From contig CM120642.1 in assembly GCA_051362555.1 (NCBI GenBank), positions 26,474,001-26,538,000 of the forward strand: 64,000 nt of DNA. Direction: 5' to 3'. Shown in pieces: positions 49,201 to 61,300 of this stretch; position 1 is the stretch's first letter; every line of letters begins with the position of its first letter. This stretch comes from Lingula anatina (taxonomy: Eukaryota > Animalia > Brachiopoda). The notes under the pieces were generated by a model that saw only the letters and a list, made by a program, of their open reading frames with translations, had not been told where the DNA came from and searched no databases. The position numbers were made by a program, and so were the translations under genes.

Positions 49201-51975
49201 GCAAACACACATGAAATAGAATAAAAAGTCATTAATTAATATATAAAGTGGTTTCAGGAAGAAAAACTAAATGTATTAGACAATTTTCAAATCAACAATC
49301 ACAAACCATTGAGTAATGTACTTTCAGGTTACCCATGCTCTCAAACACCCTAGTTTTCTGCATGGGAGATCATTAAGTGGCTCTTAATTGACCAAACTAC
49401 AGATTATTTTGTTTATTAGCCAGCTTTTATTCTAAAATACATGTTATTGTGTAGAAAAAGAGTGGAAGAAAGGCGTGGACCATATAATACCAGTAGCTAA
49501 CTGGTAGTGGACCTCACTTCTACAAAAAGGAAGAATTCGAATCAGAGTAGCTTGCTTGATGCATACTCATTAATATTCTTTCTAAACTAAAAATGTTACT
49601 CAATTGATTTTCTGACAGGAAAAGATGTTCTTGAAGCAGGTAAACCTTTTGAATATTTCAATTATTATTCCACCTGGAATATCTGCAGCAGGAAAACGGA
49701 CCCCGCAAGCAATTTTTTTTTCTCATGAGATACAAAGGAAATATAACCTCTACAGAGCAATGAATGACCTGGGAAAAGGAAATCACTACAAGTGGGAAAT
49801 TTGTGCTGCAAAATGGGGTACATAAGCAGGAATCCTGTAATTATAATTTATCTAAAGAAATAGATGCACTGCCTTCTGTGCAGGAACGGGTTTATACCCC
49901 TATGTGGTTAGAAAAAAAAAACTTTGTAGAGGATCCTGATACATTTAAATTTTGTCCTGGTTTTGGCAGTGTGCCTGATCTTTACAGTAATTACCTCACA
50001 TTTGTGGTTGAAATTCTCCCAGACTTTGCCTCCACATGTATTTATATAATATCTAAAGGAAATAACAACATTTAAAAGGACTTCCATTTTAAGAAACATT
50101 TTCTATAAAATGATCTGAAATAGGTACTGTGTGTGCTCATGTACTGTAAATGAAAAAAAAAATGGTTTGTGGCATTATGCACAATTAAAGAAGGGGGATA
50201 ATATATAGGGCAATTTGTCTTGATCTACAGTGGCACAATTTCTAGTCTGTTGACAAAATGAGCAATGTAAATAATAGGAATGTTTACAAGGTTATCAGTG
50301 CTGGGGCAAAGTCCAAAGCCGGAAAAACACTTATTTCAGTACAGCAGAGTATAAATGTAATATAAATCTTTTTCTTGTTTATTTTCAGTACAAAGTCATA
50401 CATGTATCACATGAACAATTAATCTTTTACCCCAAATAGTTTGAATACACCAAAATGACTGATGATAAAATGAAGGTGCCTCTTTTTATCAAAGTTACAG
50501 TCTCTTAAATTATAATACATGTGGAAGCTGTGTTTACTTTATTGGAAATAACTTTTTTAAACACATTGTATCTTAACCTCAATATAAACTAGATATCTTG
50601 GCCCACCGGTTTCAAAAAGAAAAAAAAAACAGAAAAAAACTAGGCGTTCTATGAGAGTGTTGTAACACTGTTTCTGATAGGGTAACTGGGGTAGCGCTAG
50701 CAATTCTTTTCACTTAGCCAAATCACCACTTTTTAAATCAATTTGTTATTCAAATTTGACTAAAACAAGTGAAATCAAGCCCTCTTTGTTTAGCCGATAT
50801 TAGTCAGTTTTACCATTTGGCTAAATTTGTGAGTGATAGCACTACACCAGGGTAGGGTGTGTGCATGCATGTGACTATGTAACTTTGGTAATTAAGTTCT
50901 TAGCCAAGGAACCTGACCTAAGTTTTTTTTTTTATGAAACAAGGGCCAGGAGCAAACTGCAACATTAAAATGCAGTGTTTTGCAAGGCATCATAACATTT
51001 TCATCCTTTTACAAACTCCAAAAATGTATGCATCTATTTCTTATTGTTTTGGCGGAGTTAATTATTTCAGCTGAAACACTGGATTAAAAAAGAGAGGAGC
51101 CCAGGGGTACAGGCAATAAACCTATACAGTCTACAGATCCAACAAGTGATAACTGCTATTTGTGATCTCAAGCCACAGATCTGTGATCGCCAATGTTGGA
51201 TTATTGGCTAAGACTGTGATTTCATGGCCGAAATATTAAGAAGTGGTCGTTACCATCACACAAAAAAAGCACAAACTATTTGTCTGTTTCCAACCAGGTT
51301 TCTTAGGTTGTTTACATACATGCTCTTTTTCTCAACACAACTTTTTTCAATACAGGAGTAATGTGCTATCAACAGTCTTTATGGAACGTACTGAGTGGTA
51401 CACAATTTACATAATGGTCTTCTCGACTACTTTTTTTTTTCTTTGTGCCATGAAATAGTGGTTTGAGTAGTAAATGCCACATTCACGTCACAAACCTCTG
51501 GTTGGAGACCACAAAAGGCTATTTCGTTCACACGGAAAAGTCTACAGGTCGCCTCTTACACAGCATTGTCACCACGGTCTAACAGTAACAGTGGTTAGCC
51601 ACAGCACAGTGACAAAATTCAATCAGTATGGACCATGAATAAAATACTGAACTTCAAAGTATCAAGGTAAGACCTTAACACAATATGCAACGATCACACA
51701 GTGCCTGATACTGCAACTCATAAACGTGCGGGTCCTTTTTAAGCGACATAATAACCCTATGCCAGAGTAAAAGAAAGTTGAACAACTTGCCTGTGATTTC
51801 GTACATCCCTCGGACGTAAGGCAGCGATTGGGATTGTAAAGAGAGAGCATATCATAACAATGGTGACATAGAGAGTAAACTTTGCATAGTACTTGAACGT
51901 ACTACTGAGTTCATATAATATTGGTAAAATCAGTAATACACCGATTACCGTCCACTGCACAAAGTCCAGCTCCAT
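46298..51975 (-). CDS. AGPAT1: 1-acyl-sn-glycerol-3-phosphate acyltransferase (AGPAT1/AGPAT2 pro-ortholog), 6 exons
   Basis: Exons 51975-51791, 49198-49062, 47789-47614, 47417-47322, 46809-46737, 46458-46298 (TAA). Motifs NHQSSLD, AKKELLY, FIDR, FPEGTR, PFKKGAF, VPVVPVV. Intron 1 needs a GC donor (AG|gcaagt). Confidence 0.93.
47814..48267. mobile_element. Palindromic Tourist/Harbinger-like MITE (outer element, interrupted by a second MITE)
   Basis: GGCCGCATTCAC...GAATGTGCCT with TTA on both sides; with 47850-48098 removed the remainder folds back on itself (aatatggccgacccact / agtgggtctgccatatt). Confidence 0.7.
47850..48098. mobile_element. About 250-bp palindromic MITE nested in the preceding element
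   Basis: Arms gtctcacaaaattgctgtcaacttaaccggcttaaatgtc and gacattaaagccagttaagttgatagcaatatagtgagac; centre near 47970; terminus GGGACCATTCCCACAG follows TAA. Confidence 0.75.
48794..49003. mobile_element. Tourist/Harbinger-like MITE
   Basis: Imperfect TIR of about 55 bp, GGCCCCATTTCTACAGACACCATCGGTC / GACCAATGGTGCCTGTGGGAATGGGGTC; TAA TSD on both sides. Confidence 0.8.
50686..50850. mobile_element. Degenerate MITE-like inverted repeat
   Basis: ctggggtagcgcta...ttagccaaat mirrored by atttggctaa...tagcactacaccag; no clear TSD. Confidence 0.5.
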
Positions 51976-52449
51976 CTTCTGTTCACTGCTTAACCCGCGT
52001 ACCCGCTGACGGTAGTCGTAACAAGTCGAATCATGTGCTATCAAGCACATGTCGCAACAGATCCGTATTATTGCATTAGTTGGGCGAAAGAAGTAGAGAG
52101 ATGGTTGAGCTTAAAACGGTGCACAGTTAACACAGTCACGTTTGCTTGGTCTCAAAAGTGAGAAGCCTTTAGATATCTTGCTGCCCTGCTCTTTTAATAT
52201 ACTTATAGTCTTTCTACTGTTGTAAATTAAAAATACAAAAATAACTACCAAACTCTTCTCATGTTTTCTTTTCATGTGACTTCTAGATTTGTTATAGCCC
52301 CTACTCTTATGGTTTAGGGGGATATTACGGAAATTAACAATGCATGGAAGGGCGCACGACCCCACAGACATTCAACATAACATGATCCCCGAAATCTGTC
52401 ACAAACGTCGAGGGAAAATATGTCTGAGAAGCGTGAGGTCGACATTTAA

Positions 52450-52675
52450 TAGGGGAGGACCCCGGGGTAAGTTGGTCCCCATCAAGTCTCTTTGATAAAG
52501 ATACTTTAAGATGCTAAATTATTTCATTTGGACTCGCTCCCGACGCTTTCTTAGCACTATTGGATGCGGTCACTTTACTAATTCTTTTACCCCATAGTTA
52601 GGCTACTTTGTCATAAATTGATGGGGGGCCAACTTAGGCCTACCCCGGGGTCCAACTAGCCCCGGTCTCCCCTAC
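52450..52675. mobile_element. TTAA-target MITE (Kolobok-like) upstream of AGPAT
   Basis: TTAA-TAGGGGAGGACCCCGGGGTAAGTTGG ... CCAACTAGCCCCGGTCTCCCCTAC-TTAA; termini lack the piggyBac CCY start. Confidence 0.7.
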
Positions 52676-52974
52676 TTAAACAGTCACTCGGCGTGCAGTA
52701 GGCCCTATCACTTCAACACCGTCTCCATCCAACTTCCATCTCTAAAGTTTTCCAAACCGTTTCAGCGACTTTTAAAAAGGTGCGAAATCGCGGCTCTCAT
52801 AACATGGTAACCTAATACCCCTAATAGACCCGTAGATTGTTTTTTCACTACTTGTTCACATATGTTTCTTGGTAATTATGTGCACTTCTCTTAACTGCGA
52901 CAGCACAGAAAATTGTCATGAATTACATTGTAGCCAGAGATACATCCGTGTCAGAATATCTAGCGAAAAACCAA

Positions 52975-53076
52975 CTGTGGCCCTGGTAGAGGGTAGCAAT
53001 ATTAGCCTAAGCCCAGTATAGAGGCCTGAAACCCACTAGCTGCATTAACACTTTAAATAATAATAATAATAATAAT
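52975..53076 (+). mobile_element. Possible 3' tail of a SINE or LINE ending in (TAA)n
   Basis: GC-richer 80-bp segment followed directly by a (TAA)n tail; no 5' head recognised. Confidence 0.3.
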
Positions 53077-53737
53077 CTTTATCTTCTACCATTCTTTACA
53101 AAATGATAAGACCTCACAATTATTTTGAAAATTTAATTTAAATTAAAATTAAAAAATTAGGTACGCGCATACACACTTTGGTCGCAAACGCAAATTAATA
53201 TAGTGATTATCTTTGCACATTTATAAGAGTGGAGATACCGAGCAAACATACAGGTGGCTATCTACTGATTTGGTGGTCTTTTTATAGACACCTTTTTTTA
53301 TTTCAAAAATTTTTAACACACACGTCGAAAGTAAATATGCTTAAATGTCATTACACGGTACATATAGTTCATAACGAGCCCCGCCTTTCTGTTTTATTAG
53401 TCATGATATATTGAAATAGCTCAATTTCACAGAGACCTGTTAATCTTTTGTTTTAATTTCACCTTGCATTGCGGATGGTCATTTATAAAATGATGAAAAT
53501 ACTCTAAAGACCTTAATGTTTAAGCTACCATCGTGACAATTTTAATTTTATTGCAGGCCTTTTAAATTTGCTTTTTCATATTTGATTAGTTTGTTAATTT
53601 ATCTATTTGACAAGCCAGTAAACAAGTCTATTTAATAATTAAGAGAGTTTCTTGATCTTTTCAAAACAAAACACTCTGCCCGTAATGAAAAGCACACTTT
53701 TATGCATAAGACCGAACGCTTTTGCTTTGTTGCAGTA

Positions 53738-53768
<31 letters not shown>

Positions 53769-54343
53769 AAAAAAAAAAATTGGAGATAATATTATATTGT
53801 GTTCATTACATTACATTTTGGTTAAACGCGATACCATTTTACGTGTAATCAAACCCTGTGAATATGTGTTCATTTAATCAAGGTGCTAAATTTGACTTTA
53901 GATTTGTTTTCTCTTGGTCATTAACTTGATAACATACCGTGTGAGCATCGAGACACATTATGAGCAAGGCATGTGGGGATACCGCCCTTTAAATATTCTA
54001 AGGCATCTAATGCTTTTTCTGAGTTGAGAACTGTTGAGTTAAAGCTAATTGCCGCACCTTTAGCCCAAAGTGCACTGTAAAAAAATTATATAAAATTAGC
54101 TTTAGAGAGATCATGTACAATAACATGTCTCCGACATGCTGGTTTATAAGATTTACTTGGTTACGCGTGGAAAATGGTGTGGAAAATACAGTATATTCTT
54201 GTTGGTGTCTGTTTCTTTTGTTTAAAAAAATGATCAGATCGTTTCAATTTTGGAAAGGCACCTGCCTTTTTACCCACAGGACCGCACAATGTCTATTTAA
54301 AAACGGTAAGGTTGCAATGGTTGTTGTAGGCTTCAGCTCTTGT

Positions 54344-54345
54344 TG

Positions 54346-54404
<59 letters not shown>

Positions 54405-54556
54405 AGAAAGCAAGACAGACAAAAATATTGCGAAAAATAACTATGTAGTCTATCTAGAATGACAAAATAAGAAAGAATGTGAGAGAGAATGAAAAAGAGA
54501 ATAAGAAAATGAGAGAGGCAGAATGAGAAAGAGAGAGAGAGAGAGTGTGTGTGTGT
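54344..54556. repeat. Compound microsatellites (GC)n(GA)n and (GA)n(GT)n
   Basis: (GC)8 joined to about (GA)19 at 54345-54399; (GA)n(GT)n at about 54530-54556. Confidence 0.9.
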
Positions 54557-54919
54557 TTTGAGACAAAGAGACTAAGAAAATTAACTATCTAGTCTACATG
54601 TACTCTATACGTACATGTACACCAGTAGTCCTATACTGTTATAATTAAGTTTGATTATCATTGGTTATCACCAACTTATGCGGTTTTCATATTGACCTTT
54701 AACTGATCATCCAAAGATATACTTGAATTTTTTGCTCTCTCTTTATTGATTTAATATCACGCAGTGCTTACATGCTGCTAGAAACACGTTCCGAAAACAG
54801 AACGTTTTTTCGGCAAACTTTGCCATTATCTTTATTTTGCCAATGTGGCCAAGAAGCAGTTCACTAATACTGATCATGAGATCTTGAACTTGTTAATTTT
54901 ATTGTATTTTCAAGTGGTG

Positions 54920-54976
54920 TTATGTTGTGTATATGTATGTTGTGTATATGTATGTTGTGTATATGTATGTATGTAT
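54920..54976. repeat. 15-bp tandem repeat TATGTTGTGTATATG x3
   Basis: Read directly. Confidence 0.8.
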
Positions 54977-56572
54977 AGCTGCTGTGCTACAGAATGATTA
55001 ATTTTAAATTTCATTTTGTAGTTATGAGATACTATAAATTTTATTATACATTGAGAATTACGTCAATCTTATGCAGTATGATAAAACAGGCCTATCCTTT
55101 AACGAATTTCCTACACATTATTATGTAGCACGAGGAACGTATAGGCCTACACACAAAATAGAATGGTTCCACTGTATCACGAGACGCTTTTTAAAATGAA
55201 GAGATACTTGACTACTTTATCATGTCTTTAAACTAATAAATTGATGGACTTTTCAAGATTAAGGAATGGAGGGGATCCTGCGAAGACACCTGCAAGCATC
55301 TTATCATTCATTTACTCGTTGTTAAGTCATGTTCAGTGGCTCAGTTGATACCTAAACCAACCAGGGGTTATCGTCAAGTCTGAATGATTAAACTGTTAAA
55401 GACCTGAACTTTTAATTCTGTCTGCATTTTATGATAGGACAGACATAAATGTATGTGCCGAGTACATGTACTTCAATCTTGTCATGATCAAAGGTCATCA
55501 ACACCGAAAAAGTAAAAAATAAATAAATAAAAATAATAATAAAAAAATAAAAACCAAGACTTTTTCAAAACGTTTTATTATTCACTTTACCTTCCATTTT
55601 ACCTTGAAGGGCTATATGTATTGATATAAACAAAAATTGTTAAAGCAAATATAAAAGCGAGTTATTATTTATGAGGGTATGAATTCCATTGTGTTCCATT
55701 TCATAAATGCTTTTTGAAACGAGCTTTTATCCCAGTTACAGAACAGCATCAAAATATTCACATATCAATTTTAAAATCTGCTTTCAAACGGAGTATGTTG
55801 AACCAGCACCTTGTAAAGAGGTTGCTCAGGAGATTATAACACGAAGAGAAGTGTTGGGGTAGATATTATCGCTTGTGCAAAGTTAACCCAAAATCACCAA
55901 AATTTAAAAAAGTAAATAACTTCACTACAGACTTTCTGTCTTTCCTCTTGCCAATTTCTCAAAGGTTTCAAAGAAATGTGATATATATCAACATGTTTTC
56001 ACTAACATTTGTGAAATTGTTGAGGAAAAACTATCAATGGTATAACCTTTGTGCAGAGATGGTTCACTGACTAGTTATATATGCATATAAAAGAAACGGT
56101 TTAATTCTGTGCACGACAGATTAAACTTTCACTTATTTTCATAAGGCTTAAAGCCTGAAACGAAAACTCGAAAATGCTGTTTCCCAAAGCTAAATTATGT
56201 GAGCTTAAAATCATTAAATCTGGTTCACTGTGCAAGCTTTCCAAATAACTTTGCGAAACACTAGTGCATTCTAACTAGCGGCAAACAGAATTTTTCTCTC
56301 TACTTATATGTCACATACAGTGATCGTATATGCAAAGAACAGAAAGTTAATAGTAATTAAGATTTTGAGAGCAACCGGGCAAAAATCTATCCCGCTGAAA
56401 TCGTACAGATTAGGTTTTATATTATATTGATAAGGCACTGGCGCAAATGAACTTGGTCATAATCTTTCGTGCAATCTCTGAAACTATTTCGGAACGCTGA
56501 CAAAATTATTCCTCAATCCAAATGGGAAGCTAGCTAAAAAGAAATAGGTACTTCAAGCCAGTTGTTGGCTTC

Positions 56573-58244
56573 TTATGGCGGAGGAGTGAAACCGCTACAG
56601 TTCAATTCTGGACAGCATTTCCCGGGCTTGGGGGGATCCAGGCGACAACCATTTGGAACACCAACACTCAGCCAGTCAAAACACCTAAAATAAATTTGAG
56701 AAAACATTAATATTTTTATAAGGTTTACACTGTACTTAATGAATAGAATGACATTACACATTATCAAAAGTATGTTAGATTAAGGTTTAGGCCATTCTGT
56801 AACCCCACTAAATTCCTTTATACGGAACTGATGGCTATAATATTTTGGTCACGCCATATTTCAGTACTCTTTATGATAATTTGGGACACACATTTTGACT
56901 TAATGGCCAATTAGTTAAAAGTAATGAATTCATTTTGATTTGGCATAAATGAAAGCAGCCTTAACTGGACAAAAAGCGATCAACCTTATATCGGGTTTGT
57001 CTATTTTTTGTGCTTTGATTTTGATACTACACGACATGGAGAGCATGTAAGAGATATTTCCTTTCAGGAATTGCTTTTGTGCTTTTTCTCCGGCAATCGG
57101 CATCAAAGATACACATTAAAAAAATTGCTAATCATATTATACTACAAACGTTATTTAACTGTTATTTAATTGAACGCAAATAAAACATCTTGTAGTACGC
57201 TGAATTTATTCCAACAATTGCTTCATAAGTTGTATACGTATTATAGACTATACCATATTCTGTTTTTTTTTTTAAGACACACTTACTTGGCCTCGCAATA
57301 AATAAAGTTGACTAATGCCTTCGCACAAATGCAACTCTGCTGGCACCCAACATCCCATTTCAAGCCTTGCTTGTACAACATGTTGTTCTGCATGCAGTGA
57401 TCTGAAATAAAATGATCCAGATATATGTTTTATTTAACTGCTGTTTATTTGTAGCGGAAGTAATCAATTTATTTATTGCTGTATCGTTCTCTTTTTTCTT
57501 CATTTTCTTTTTGCATGGTCTGTGCGCATGCGAAAAGTTCTTTTTCTGCCACAACCATTTTTTAAAAATTCAAGATAAGTACACTTACATGTACCTTAAT
57601 TAAAGTTGAAAGCAAAGAGGGGTCCAACAAATAAACAGTTATTGAGTATCTCTGTACAGTAGAACTGGATGAATGGTTAATTATCACTATAAATCGTATA
57701 TAGTATCTTTTCGCGCCAAAACCTCTACGATCCTTAAAGAAAGAAGCATGTCATTAGCAACACTCTTACCCTGTGGTTTGACGCACTCGTGTGTCCCGCC
57801 AGGCTTTACATTGCATGGAATCGGGGTTCCTAGTAACAGTGGACAAGGGTTGGGGTTGCAGGGGTCGGGTGCCGCAGTGGTGGTCGTAGTGGTGGTTGTG
57901 ACCTGGGTTTCACAGCTCTTGCCTGTATAATCTGGACCACACAGGCAGAAATAATCATTTGCCTATAGAAGAAAATGATTCAATAAAAATATAGAAAATA
58001 CGAAATGAACAAGACGGGCGAGGCAAGGCCGAATAAGCTATAACGTAGACAGACAGACAATCAGTACCAGTTCTTCTTTGCGCAGTTCTTCATCATTTTT
58101 TGCGCCTGTAAAGAATATTATTAGGCATCCTGAAAGAACGATACAGATTTTACTTTGACAGATTCCCCGCATTGTAAATGCATATTTTGGAGATTGCCTA
58201 TATCTGTGTCATCAAAATAAAGACAATTTAATTTGTTATGGTAT

Positions 58245-58309
<65 letters not shown>

Positions 58310-61300
58310 TTGAAAAGAGAATGATGCAATGTCAAGGGTACAAAAATAGTCTTTTAACACACAAGATGAATTTATTTCGTTTATGAAGCATCAACTTACT
58401 TTTACTTTTATTACTTACTACAGGTAAATAAAAAAAGTCGACTTATATCACTTAAAGTTCTGATGGACTTGTACTGCTGCACTTTAGAAATGAACCTCAA
58501 ATTCCAAGTCCTTGAAAAAAAACTATCACACTCTAACACGTACCTGATCAATACACGTTGCACCATTCTGACATGGTTTTGAACTGCAATCGTCGATGTT
58601 CACCTCGCAGTACGGTCCGGTCCACCCGGGATTGCATGTGCACGTCACTCCGGTCGGTGTGTCTGAGCACGATGATGAATGCTTGCACGTGTTCAAACTG
58701 CAAGCCTTATACTGACACGTTGGTCCCTTCCAGCCCGTTGCACAGGCGCAGCTGTATGTGTTGGGTGCGTTGGTGCAATTGCCGCTATGCTCACAAGGAG
58801 ACGACCTACAATTGTTTATGTCGATTTCACAATGCCGTCCATCAAAATCAGCATGACACTGGCACGTGTAATTGTTTGGAGATGACAAGCATGTCCCCTT
58901 ATTCAAACATGGGGATGATCGACATAAGTTGTTGTCTATTTCACAATGTTGGCCACTGAAGTCAGCGGGACAGGAACATACATAACTATTGGGGGAATTG
59001 CTGCAAGTACCTTGATTTTGACAGGGCGACGACCTGCACTGGTTATTGTCGATGTCACAGTTGCGACCACCATAACCTGTCTGGCACATGCAGTTGTAGT
59101 TATTTGGGGACGACAAGCATAATCCATTGTTCAAACATGGCTTTGATCGACAAAGATTGTTGTCTATCTCACAATTCTTTCCACTGAAATCGGTGGGGCA
59201 GGCGCATGTATAATTATTGGGGGAATTGCTGCAAGTACCATGATTTTGACACGGGGACGAGCGACAAAGGTTGTTGTCTATCTCACAATGTTTTCCACTG
59301 AAGTCGGTTGGGCATAGGCAGTTGTAAGCGTTTGGTTGGTTCTGGCATTTACCTAGGTTCAGACATGGCGAAGACCGACAAAGGTTGTTGTCTATCTCAC
59401 AATGTTGTCCACTGAAATCGGCGGGACACGCACATGTGTAATTATTGGGGGAATTGTTACAATAACCCCCGTTCTGACATGGCGAGGACCGACAAAGGTT
59501 GTTGTCTACCTCACAATGTTTTCCACTGAAGTCGGCGGGACAAGCACATGCATAATTGTTGGGAGAATTGCTGCAAGTACCCTGATTTTGACAGGGCGAC
59601 GACCTGCACTGGTCATTGTCAATGTCACAGTTGCGACCACCATAGCCTGACTGGCACATGCAGTTGTAGGTATTTGGGGACGACATACATAATCCATTGT
59701 TCAGGCATGGTTTTGACCGACAAAGGTTGTTGTCTATTTCACAATGCTTTCCACTGAAATCAGCGGGACAGGAACATGCATAATTGTTGGGGGAATTGTT
59801 ACAAGTGCCTTGGTTCTGACATGGCGAGGAACGACAAAGGTTGTTGTCTATCTCACAGTGTTTTCCACTGAATTCGGTTGGACATACGCAATTGTAATCA
59901 TTTGGTTTGTTTTGACATTTTCCTTGGTTGTGACATGGTGAGGACCGACAAAGGTTGTTGTCTATCTCACAATGTTTTCCACTGAAGTCGGAGGGACAGG
60001 AACATGTATAATTATTGGGGGAATTGCTGCAAGTACCCTGATTTTGACAGGGCGACGATCTGCATTGGTTATTATCGATATCACAGTTGCGACCACCATA
60101 ACCTGACTGGCACATGCAGTTGTAGGTATTTGGGGACGACATACACAATCCATTGTTCAAGCATGGCTTTGATCTACAAAGGTTAATGTCTATCTCACAA
60201 TGTTTTCCACTGAAGTCGGAGGGACAGGAACATGTATAATTATTGGGGGAATTGCTGCAAGTACCCTGATTTTGACATGGCGACGATCTGCATTGGTTGT
60301 TGTCTATGTCACAGTTGCGACCACCATAACCTGACTGGCACAAGCAGTTGTAGTTATTTGGGGACGACATACACAATCCACTGTTCAAACATGGCTTTGA
60401 TCTACAAAGGTTAATGTCTATCTCACAATGTTTTCCACTGAAGTCGGTCGGGCATACACAAGTGTAACTATTCGGTTGGTTCTGGCATTTTCCTTGGTTC
60501 TGACATGGCGACGATCGACATAGGTTGTTATCTATCTCACAGTGTTTTCCACTAAAGTCAACGGGACAAGCGCAGGTATAATTGTCAGGGGAACTACTAC
60601 ATATACCTTGGTTTTTACATGGTGATGAGCGACAGAGATTGTTGTCTGTCTTGCAGAGGAGTCCACTGAAGTCCTTAAGACAAACACAGACATAGGCATT
60701 CTGTTGGTTTTGGCAAGAAGCCCCATTCTGACATGGCGACGATCTACAAAGGTTGTTGTCTATCTCACAATGTTTTCCACTGAAGTCGGTCAGGCATCCA
60801 CAGCTATAAGCGTTTGGTTGGTTCTGGCATTTACCTTGGTTCTGACATGGGGACGAACGACAAAGGTTGTTGTCTATCTCACAATGTTTTCCACTGAAGT
60901 CGGTCGGGCACACACAATTGTAACCGTTTGGTTGATTCTGGCATGAAGCCCCATTCTTACATGGCGAGGATCTGCAAAGGTTGTTATCTATCTCACAATG
61001 TTTTCCACTGAAGTCGGTCGGGCACACACAATTGTAAGAATTTGGTTGATTCTGGCATGAAGCCCCATTCTTACATGGCGATGATCTACAAAGGTTGTTA
61101 TCTATCTCACAGTGTTTTCCACTGAAGTCCGTCGGGCATACACAATTGTAAGAATTTGGTTGGTTCTGGCATTTACCTTGGTTCTGACATGGCGAGGAAC
61201 GGCAAAGGTTGTTATCTATCTCACAATGTTTTCCACTGAAGCTGGCAGGACAGACACAAGTATAATTATTGGGGGAATTGTTGCAAGTACCTTGGTTCTG

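Noticed and set aside
55333-55375. tRNA or SINE A-box-like TGGCTCAGTTG
   Set aside because: No B-box or cloverleaf follows.
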